Virus record (IMG/VR): IMGVR_UViG_3300028192_000001
Location: 1 to 64,000 of that record
Reading direction: 5' to 3' (one strand)
From: a virus
Length of the DNA stretch: 64,000 bases
In this document: positions 47,977-59,900 of the stretch, in pieces
Numbering within the stretch: position 1 is the first letter of the stretch
How the letters are laid out: every line of letters starts with the position of its first letter
The notes under the pieces: model-generated
What the model was told of the DNA's origin: nothing
Database searches by the model: none
Seen by the model: the letters and a program-made list of their open reading frames with translations, nothing else
Translations under genes and position numbers: made by a program

Positions 47977-50900
47977 TTATTCTGGTGAATTTGTAGGTTC
48001 GTCTGCTATGAATCTAGCCTGATTAGTAATAGACTGTTGGAGTCCGTTACCATCAGAAGCAGTACTTAAACCTTGTGTATACCAAACTTGTCCTTTCTTT
48101 TGTAATATTTTAACTTGTACATTTGCCGCTGGTGGAGATGATAGTACAACATTCGCAGTACTTCCATCAACGGAATAATTTACTGTGCTACCGTCCTCGC
48201 TTGTCAGCAACAATCGTTGGCCACCAATGAATATGTCTAACTGACTTGCAGAAGACGGAGCAATTGTAGTAGTAAATGATACTTTTGATCCATTACCTGT
48301 ATGGGTATTTGAATATATTGTATCACTATAAGGCACGGTTTGCTTACCGCTGGCGTCTACTACTGTTGATCCACCAATATGAGCCTTAATTCCTGTTCCA
48401 AGTGTTCCTCTTCTAACTCTAGATAATATATTTCCACTTTTAATGAAATATTCAATTCTTTCTTTATCTATGAAAATTACACCTGGTAATTCTGTAGTTC
48501 CATCAACTTCACCTAATACTGAACCATCTTTTACTGTAATTGTTTTATCTGATTCAAATAAATCGTTTGCTAAAGTTGTTGTTCCTGCTTTACTAATTCT
48601 TTTATAAAATGTTCTATTCAACATATCTTTAAAAATTCTAAATCCTGTTTGTCTTGTTTCAGATCTTACTGCAAAGTACATTATATCAATTCTATCTGCA
48701 TTTGTAATTGTTCTTCCAACAATTTTTACTGTATTTCCTGAAACTGTATAATCAAATCCTTGTTGCAATGGTATTGTATTAAACCAAACATAAACATAAT
48801 TTGAATTTAAAGGAGTATTATATAATTTGTGTACACCTGTTGTTCTTCCTTCTAACACTTCACGTTTTAGATTCATTCCAAGTGCATTATTAAATGTTGT
48901 TGCTAATATAGTATCATTTGCATTAAGAGTTATACCATCTGTCGCTAATTGAGTAGTTTTTAAAACAATATCTGACCCAACATATGAATAATGATTATCT
49001 ACATTTGTTGTAATTGCTATTACATCTGTATCTGCTGGTGGAATTAATAAGTTTACTTTTTGACCAGCAAGATCAATTGTATAATCAACATTTAATAATT
49101 TTATTGTACCATTAATATAAACTTCAACCTGACTAGCCAATGTTATTGTTTTTGCTGGGTCCACCGTTGAATCATCCGATAGTCCTGAAACAACTCCGTA
49201 ACTATATGTTGATCCATCTCCTGAATAGTAAGTATTGTCTGGTCCTCTTAAAACTTTTCCGTTATGTTCAAGAATTGTAAGACCAGCATAAGGTCCATAT
49301 GTACCAACAGGATAAGTTAATGCATATCTTGTTGTTGATCCATCATACGTTATAATACTTGATTGTATTTGAGCATATGCTCTACCCGAACCTAACGTTT
49401 GATTAAATCCTGCAATTTGTATTGCTTGTCCTGTTGTTGGTGCAGAATTAAAATTAACAGTAATTGTATTTGCTATTGTTGTTGTTGTATAAGCAGTAGT
49501 TGGTTCACCGTCTATTGTTATATAAAGTTGTGAAATAGAACTATCTGCGTTAAAATTCTCTCTTGTTGCTGTTTTAAATGCTGTTGTTGATCCATCGCCT
49601 GTAAAACTATCAAGCACCATGTATTGTTGACCTGAAATTGCAAAACTTTTTACAGTTAATTTTTGTCCTACGGATGGCGTTGATCCTAATGTAATTGTTT
49701 TATTGGCAATATTAACTGTATAATGTGTAGGTGATCTTTTTCTTACATTATCTAACACAACTGATACAGCCGCTTTAGTTCCTGGCGTTTGACCAATATC
49801 AAATGTTGCTGTATTGCCATCACATATATAATTTTTTTCTACTATAAATGGTACTCCTGATTCCGGTGCTGAATATACTTGAATATCTAACGTATCAAAT
49901 AATTGTCCCGGAACTGCTTCTTCGGGTGCATATGAGGTATCTGGTGAAACAAATGCATCACCCTCTGTAATAACTTGTTCTGGGTCTACTCCTAATGCTG
50001 ATCCAAACGTTCCTCCATATATTAAAGAATCTATTGTTCTATCATCTGTTGGCGTTTGCACTCCGTCATCATCGAATGGAATAAATTCTATCTTAACTCC
50101 ATTTCCTGGTGCTGTTGATAATGTAAATGATGCTGTTGATTCATCTCCTCGATGAACTTCGTTAACTTGTCTTACATCATCAAAATAAACTGTATAAACT
50201 TCTGTAGGCGATGGTGCCGTAGCAAATATAAATGTTCTTGTTGAGCCATCACCATAAAAAGTTCTAACTCTTCCACTACCATAACTATCCCATGGTTGTT
50301 CAAACCATCCTGATTTATCCCAACCTTGTTCACTACCAAATGTAAGTCCTGTAACCATTACACCACCATAATCTACACCTGTCATTACCTGAGATAACTC
50401 TAAACCTGGCATACCCGAACTTGGTGTGTACATACCCTTTATTCTTTCTGCCGCTGTAATATAACTTTCATCACCACGTAATTTTACTAATCCTGCTAAA
50501 GAAAATTTTGTACTAGTAGTAATTCTTTGCGTTGTTCTATAAAGTTCATTATTGTATCTTATAAGCACTCCATATTCATACGTTGTATTTGTTGCCCATG
50601 CACTAACTTCTCCTGTTGATTTAACTCTGTCAAATCTAATAGTTGTATCAAAATCTCTAACTAAATCATTATTCAATACAACAGATGCTTTTGCAATATC
50701 TAACGGCGTTGTATCATCATTCGTTCCACCAGTTATAATAATCTCTGGAGTTGTTGTATATCCTGAACCTTTTGTAAGTAACTTAATTTTTGATATTTTA
50801 CCTTCTGAGATAATTGCTTTTGCTGTTGCATGAGTTTTGACACCAGGGGAGAATATTTTATATGTTCCAGGATTCACTGCTATTCCATGATTTGTATTAC

Positions 50901-53900
50901 TTGTTGGCATATAAAATGTTCTTGTAGGATATTCATCAAATGAATGTGAATGAGATACTCCTGTTCCTCCATTTTGTTTATCGGCAACATTTGCACTAGT
51001 TTGAATTGTATACAATGGATAAAAATGTCCGTAAGATCCTGATGATGCTCCCGAAGTACTTGTACCTAATACTGTATATGGTCCTGTATCTTCAACAGTA
51101 CCGCCAACAAAACTTATTGTTGGAACCTTTACATAACCAGTTCCTGCATTTGTAATATTAATTGATTTAACGTGTTTTGTATAATAATCTTTCCATAACT
51201 TATATGGATATGTTGTCATTAATTCTGTATCAGTTTCTGCTTCTGGTTCTGGTGGTCTTACTTTATTTTTTGATGCATCATAAAATGGTGGTAAATCAAA
51301 GTCTGTATGTATTCCACCATGTATTTCTTGATTTGTATATTTTAATTTATATTCACGTATTTTTGTATGAAAGGGTTTTATTTCTTTAATATATTTCTCT
51401 ACATAATCATCTTTTCCAACTGTATATGTTTTTCGTTGATTTAATGGTCTTAGAGAATTTGTAATATTTAAAAACGAGGATTTAAACAACCAATTAACAT
51501 ATGGTTGCTCTGATAATACATATCGTAAACCTATAAAGAAAATTGTATTATATTCTTTTATTAAACTACCTGTAAAAATATCATCTCTTAATGCAGTTAA
51601 TATACTTCTTGTTTCAATAATCGGTTCTCTATCAAAAAAGTTTTCATCGAACGTATCATCACCTGCAAATCCTGTATCATCAATTGTATAATCATATATT
51701 TTAGAAGATATTTGAATTGTTCCGTTTTGTGTAGCAACATTTTCCCATCCTGTTGCTGAATATTTGTATATTTTCCAACCGCCTGAATCTGAATTTAATA
51801 CTTTTACATAACTATTAATCGGTACGTTCAATATATCTAATTCATATTGATTTGTTACTTGCTTTTCAAATTTGGTATCAATTGTTACTCCACTAGCATA
51901 CCAATCAATATATGACCAATAATTACTTGTTTTATATGTTTGTAGTTTTGTTCTACTCCATGATGTACTATCCCATTTATAAATTGACCAATTACCTCCT
52001 GCGGTTTCATCGGCTTTAACAAGATAATTTACAATACCACTTAAATCTTTTGTATTAACATAAGTTAAGTCTGCATAAGTCTCAACTGATCCATCCCATT
52101 CTAAACTTGTTATTCCCGGCTCTGGGTCTACAGAATTTAAATTTGCAAATTTAATTGTTCCAACTAATTGGTTTTCTTTTAATATAGTATTTGTATATTG
52201 AATAATTTCTTCTAATGCTTTAAATCTATCTACATACCAACTTTGTCTTGGTCTTAATTCTGTTCCGTATTTCCTGTTTATTGGTAATGTTTGGTCTGGA
52301 ACTATTGAACCTAATAAGTCTGTTCCACATAAACTATCCCACCATTTAGTTTCTAATGCTGTTGTAGGTTGAATTGCTGGATCACCTTCTGCATATATTT
52401 TCCAAACTTTATGAGAATCTCCTGCATTTTCATTATCTCTATAATCAATATTTAATACAACATTATCATTTAATAAATTACTTTTAATATTCCACAAAAT
52501 TAATTTATTTTTATCTGATACAGTAAAATATTTAAATCCAGATAATTTTGGATTTGTTATAATGTTACTAATATATGCTGTTGAGTTTGTTCTAATCATT
52601 ACAGATGTTCCTACCTGTGGTAACGGTGCTTCAGATTCTAATGGAACGAATGTTGAATTTCTCACCCAATAATAATAATAATTTATAAAGTCATCTTTTG
52701 CAGAATCGTATTTTTGTTTAATTGTAAATGTAGTATCATCCGGAGCGACAGGTGTTCCAGAAATTCTTTCTGGCAATCCTACTGACGTATCTGCTTGAGT
52801 TTCCCATTCAGATGGTAATAACGTTGTTTCAATCCATTCGTAAATATCTACACTTGATCCTGGAAATATTTTACCCCAATTTTTAGTTTTATATTCTTGA
52901 TCACCTTGTTCATACCATATCCATTTTACTTTAGATAAGTCCCACCATGTTTCACCAATATGTTCTTCACCCCAAGCAGTTTCGGCATTTGTATTTCCTG
53001 CTGTATTGTAATTGTATTCCGCTGGATCCCACGTTGTTTTATATTTTATTTCTCTATCTGCAACACCAAAAATTCTTCCTTTAATTGGATCAAAATAATT
53101 TAGGTATGTAATAATGCTATGTGATGATCTATCAAATATAAATGCTGACTCAATTTTATTATTATCAATTAATGGTTCTTCTGTTCGTAAAAGATTCCAT
53201 CCATATTTTCCATTTGTTTTTAAATCATAGTGAGAAATTGACCCATCATCCATAAACGTTGTTGATCCATCTACTGTTAATGCGGCGTCATCACGTGGAG
53301 ATCCTACAAATATACTATTATCTGTAAGAAATACTGACTTACCAAACTGATCACCTGTACTAACTTTATCATTAATAAGTCTTTCATCTATTATAAATTT
53401 TGTATCATACTTGGTTCCAACATACACAACCCCTGCTTCTCTATTAATATCGACAATATTTGTATCTTGCAAATCAAAAGTAGTTGCTCCAAAATCAAAT
53501 CTCATAGTTCGTGGATTGTCTGCCCCTACGGCTCCAATTGCAATTCTATTTCCTGATTGATTAATATTAACTGTTGATCCAAATTTAACATTTGTATTTG
53601 TACCTGGAGCATTTAAAGTCTGTTGTAAAGTATATGTGTTCGTAGATCCATCTGCATTCCATTTATAATAATATACTGCACCTGAATCATCTTTAAGTAC
53701 ACTTGTACTTCCGTCTTGTACATCAACTCCTGGTGCACCAACTATAAGTGCTGTCCCATCTTTATCCATAGCCAATGAATCACCAAAAGCAATATTCTTT
53801 GAACTACCATCACTTGATACTCCTGTTAATACTTGTTGCTCTGACCAAGTATATTGCGTTGATCCATCATTTGTATGACTTGTTCTTTTAAAAATATGTA

Positions 53901-56900
53901 CACTACCAGCATATCCTGGTGCTTGTGAACTTACTGCAAGTATGTCTGCAGTATCATTTGTAACAACTTGATGACCAAATCTATAACCACTATTCACTTC
54001 TTCTGGTTGAATTGAAGCAACTTGCGTCCATGTATTATATGTTGACCCATCTACTCCAACACTCCAATTATACTGAAAAACTATTCCTGTATCATTATCA
54101 TATCCTGGTGCACTTATAAACATATATTTTTCTGTTGTTAAAAGTGTTGAACTTATTCCGGGTTCAGCAATTGCATGATCCCAACCAAAGTTTAATCCAA
54201 TTCTTGTTGTTGAATTATCGTATGGTGCATATATTGTTCCACCTAATTCATATTGAAAATTTGTACTATCCCATTTATAAAATTTAACAAGTCCTTGATC
54301 CGCTTGTTCAGTACTTCCGTCAATGCTTGTATTATTATAAGGAGCACCAGCAACTACAAAGTTTTCATCTGTACTCATTGACAATGAATATCCTAACCTT
54401 GAAGTAATATCATTGTTTGAAATCATTGTTTTACTTTCAAGTAAACTAAATGCTTCTCCTGACGTTGCTTCTTTTCTAAAGAAAAAACTAATACTTCCTT
54501 GGCTGTAATCTGGTGCTGAAGCAATAACTGTTCTGCCATCACTTCTTGCTACTACTTTAAATCCAAAATTTTGATTATCACTACGATCTGGTGATAATAT
54601 CCGATTAAAATTAAGAGACGATATTTTTTCATAAACTTTCCAGGTACCTCCGGGATTGTCTATAAAAACTTTATCACCACTAATATCATTTACTTCATCC
54701 TTTACAATATAATCTTCAACTGATAAAATATCATTTATATCATCAACTGAACTATATCTCGCACTTACAAATTTACTAATATCTCCATATGAATCTTTTG
54801 TTGACTGATCTGTTATTCCAATTAGTTCTGATATATTTTCATTATAATCGACAATAACTTTATCTGGTGCTGTTACTGATTTAATTTCAAAAACTTTATT
54901 AATTGCTGGATACTCTGATCCAGTAACCAACGTATAATCACCAACTTTAAAATTATGAGCATAGTTAAAACCAATTTCTAATTGCGTATCTTCATTTATA
55001 CTTTGTAATTGTATTAATCTTAATTCAGTTCTGGCAATTCGCAATACGTCCCAATCATTCATTTTATCATTTGCAATCCATATCAAATCTTGATTATCTA
55101 ACTTTGATGCATCAAGATTTACTATATCAGAAATATTAAACGCAGTATGTTGTACGTCATCAAATCTTGGATACCCTGCAGTTTTAAAAAATTGTACAAA
55201 ATCTCTATCACATCCTTCTTTAGTATAATCATATTGATCAAATGTAATTGATGGTGTATATTCTAAAGGCTTGTCATAAAAATCTGCTGATGGTATTGAT
55301 GCTGATTTATTAAATGATAAAGCATCATTTGTTGTATCTAATAATTCTACACTTTGAGGATCTTGTAAAAATTTCCTATCATCCATTTTAATTTGTATAG
55401 ATTTTTTACCATCAACATTTCCAAATGTTCCTGTTCTAATTAACCATTCAGGATATACTGATAACTCAATATTTTCATCTAAGAATTTTGCACGTGTTAA
55501 TTTATTAATTGCACTTTGCGTACCTTTTTCTCTAATAAAACCTTGATAAAACTTATATTGTGAAATATCATTTACAAATAAATTTTCTAAATAGTCTCTA
55601 CTTTGATAACCAGTTAAATGTTGTGCCAAAACTTGTTGACCTTCATCAAAATTATTTGTTTCTAAATCATAAAAATCATTAAATTGTGCAATTTTATAAT
55701 CAAAATTTGGATATAATTCTGAAGATGGTTTACTAGATTTCTTTATCCATTGTTTATAATCAAACTCTATACCCGAATTATGATTTACATTTGCTACATA
55801 AAATTTTGCATTATACTCTACTGTATCGCCAATATTATAATCTGTATTAGCAATCCATAAAGATACTTTTGCCTCATCAAATAAAAATCCTGGTGCATGA
55901 TATCCACCATTCCAATCAGCAGTTTTCCATCCAATTAAACGTAATCTTTGTTGTCTAAACCCTGTTACTTTATCATATACAATATCACTAAAAACAGTTT
56001 TATTATCAAGAAGTAATAAATGTTCTTTTTCAACTGAATATAATTGTATTCCATAAATTCCTATATTATCATTTTTTGATACAATATTGAATATATTGCC
56101 TGAACGTTTTACAGAAATATCTTTTTCTGATATAGAACGACCTCCTGCATCTAATACTGTGTATTTGTTATAAACATCTTTTAATTTTCCTACTACTGAT
56201 TTTTTAGTATTTAAATTAAATCCAGACGCTCCTGGACTTACTGTTATAGCGGAACCTGCCGCCCAACCTTGAGTTGTCCAGTACACAAATTCATTAATAG
56301 CATTCTCCCAATTTATTGTTTTCTGTAATTCACGTGAAAATACATCAAATTCAAAACCTTGATCTTCTAAATATTTTCCATATCCTTGTAGGAAATCAGA
56401 TACATCTTGAATAGTTTCAAATACTGTTCCATACACAACTGGTTGTGCAACTTTCACATATTCTTTATAAACAACTACTCTCGAATCTCCAAATTTTATA
56501 ACATGATTATTACTATTTTTAATTGGTAGATACATATAAAAAATAGGTGAATTAATATCATATCCAACAACTCTATACCCTGGTTCAATTGACGATCCAT
56601 CTAAAGAAATTGTAGAATTTCTTTCAATAAGCACACCACTATAATAAAATTTGTTTACAGGATTACTTGTTCTAAAATATACTTTATAATTTTCTGTAGG
56701 TAAAAATTGTGATCCTGACGTTGATCCTGGTGAAATTGAATCTGTTAATATTTTTAAATTTGCTTTATCAGTAAACCCACCTAGTTTATAAGCAAGTTGT
56801 ACATCTAAATTTTTCATTTTATCGTAATAAAATTTTGCAGGATCTAAATTTTGTGAAATTAAATAATTTACAGCATATGGTTGATACCCTGCTGTTTGAT

Positions 56901-59900
56901 ATCTTGTTGTTACATTTGTTTCTGTATTAACTGAAGTTTCTAAATGATATTTCGCAGTTAATAACTTTTGCCTTAATCCTGTGCCTGAAGTAACATAATT
57001 TCCAACTACATTTTTAACAAGCCTACTACTATCTAAATGTACACCAAAAAATTTACAAGAATTAAGAATGGCCATTACTTTAATAACTGAAAACGCATAA
57101 CCTGAATTCCGTCTCCAGGCAGTTTCCGCTGGGCCTTGATCACCAAACTTCCATGGTTGGCTAATATTACTTCTTGTAAATTCTCCAACAACTGTTACTG
57201 GACTTGCTAGATATCCATTTGCATTTGTTGGTATTCTATATTTTAATCCCGATCTAGCATATCTTTTATTAACTTTACCTGTTATAACATCATATCCTCT
57301 TTCAAGATCATCCCATAATACTTCATTACCTGCTGTATACGGTGCTGGTCCATAATTTGCTTCCCATAATGATGGCTTCTCGGAGTACCCTAACATTTCC
57401 CATGGGTGGGTATGTGGACGATCAGTATCATAATAATAATAAAACATTCCTCTCCAATTTCCAATTTCTGCCTCAGAATTAATATCAATACTATTTGAAT
57501 AGTTAAACGTAAAAGTGTCTGCAACATCATAGATACTATTTTTTCTAAAATCTATATTATTTCTACCTGCCCAATTATAAAAATCTCTACTAAGAACCGA
57601 ATTAACCTCTGTCAAAGTAAATCCTTTTTTATTAAATGCTGATGGTAATATATCGTGAATATTAAACAATTCTGGATTATACGTTGATTTAATATTATTA
57701 TAAATTCTTTTTTCAAGTTCTAATAAAAGATCGTCTCTGTAATCTCCATAAGCAATTGTTCTGGATCCGTCATGCCCAACAATTACAGTTTGCGAAGTTC
57801 TATATGTGTTGTCTGTAATTTTTTCAGGCGTAAACTTTGGATACATACCTAATTTTGTAGGAGTTAATGGAATATAACTTCCAGTTGTATCACTATAATC
57901 TTTTATTTTTATAATATCATTTGCAGTAAGAGTGGCTTTAATATTAACACTATCATCAGTTGTACTAAAAATATAATCAGTACCTAAAACTAATTGTACG
58001 TCATTTTGATATACGTAAACTGCTCTATTACTCAACGTTGTTGAACTAAATTGATTGTCTAATGTATATTCTGTTTGCGTAGAATCTTGTACTGTATAAG
58101 TTCTACTAGAAACTTTTTCTCCAAATCCTAACATATCTTCATAATAAAATGGCGAGGTATTGGTTTTATTTTTTGTTAAAATTTTTAATATTTCGTCTAC
58201 TCTATCAACAGCATTACCTTCATACGTTGTACCAGTAGATTGCGTTAAAAAACTTTCTTTAAATTTCTGATATTCTAAATTTGCATAATCTAATGCACTT
58301 ACAAAATTTGACTCTCTATCAATCAAATTAAACATAGCAGGCACTATTGATCCAATATGCTGTTGTATTCCACCGCCTTTTAAATATGTTTCTGAATGAT
58401 CTCTAAAATTTGTTACTCCAGGAACAACACCTGTAATCTCATTATTTCTTTCAGCAACATTAATTAAATGATTTGAAATTTGTCCATATGTAAATGTATC
58501 TAAAGATTCATTTAATGGATTGTTTGACAACCCGTCTGGTACTTCATATATTCCTTTATTATCTACTTTTGTTGCACTTGACCAAATATAAACTGTTACA
58601 ATATCATGTAAAGTTAAATCTTTCGCAAATTTAACAAACTTATTTGTTGTACCATTCGCTAATACATAATCTTTATTAAACTGCTTATGTACACCGTTTA
58701 CCTTTACATCAACTTCTAAATCTAATGATGCAGAATTTTTATATACATCAATTGGAAATAATTTTTTTTCAGTTGCTGTTGCAAAATATGTTCTTTTAAC
58801 TCGCTGTTTTGAATTTGTTGCTCTTTCTGACCAATTTGTTTTATTTTTATAAGTTAATAATCCTGTAGTTTCATGTACAAATCCAGACGCATACGATTTT
58901 ATAACAAAGTCATCGCCAGATTTATATTTAAATGATCCAGAATTAACATCTGACTCAAAAACCATATCACCTACATTATTAATTGTATTATATTTTACTT
59001 TTAATCCTAATATTGTATCAGTTGTTGCTGTTGTCGATATTTTAAATCCAAATAACGTTGAGCCTGCAAAGTTTGTTGATCCATATACTAAATCGTTTGA
59101 AAAACTTACACCTTCGTCGTCATGCAAATCAAATAATGGTTGTTGATTAACTTTAGATTTAATTTGACCTTCAATCCATGTTTCTTCGTCTCGATTTGGT
59201 CCTGCTGATGTAGAATAATGTAAAGTTTTTCCTTGATTTACTTTTCCAAATTCAACATAAACTTGTTCACCATCAATTGGATGCGTATCACTAACCTCTG
59301 CTAATTGTAAAGCAATTCTAGTTGTTCCTAAAATTGTTACAAAACTAACGTTATAAATTTTATTTCGTACAAGTTTATCTGTATCTGCCGTAAACAAAAT
59401 CCTCATACCGTCAGTAACTTTTATACCATCAACAAAGTATCCTGTTTGGTTCACCATTGATGAAAATACATCTGTTGTTACATTATCTACTAACGCAACT
59501 GATTTTTTTGCAACTGTACCATAATTGTATAATGCAAGATTTGAATTAAATTCTATAATTGGTCTTTTTGCTCTATCACTTTCGTCAAGCGCCAATGCAC
59601 TGCCATTTGCAGTGGCCGTTGCTTCAATAACAGATCTATGAAACCATCTATTATATCTTGACCAAGCATTCTGATCAACTGCACTTCGTTTTATTGTAAT
59701 ATAGTCGTGTACATCTGGTCTATAAAATGCTTTGGCATACGGTCTAGAATCAAATCCTACTGAATCATATAATATTGTTGTTTCTGTTGCATAAGGTTCC
59801 GGAGTAATAAGAGTATCAATATCTGTTAATGTAATATTCTTACCTACACCTTCAACATAAAAATCTTTATCTGCGTAAACTGTTGAATTTACAACATTAG

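Noticed and set aside
107-51389. Many short antisense or off-frame ORFs in the track (e.g. 107-490, 1819-2199, 12957-13334, 31001-31399, 45214-45663)
   Set aside because: They overlap longer motif-bearing genes, lack RBS and recognisable motifs, and show shadow-ORF composition
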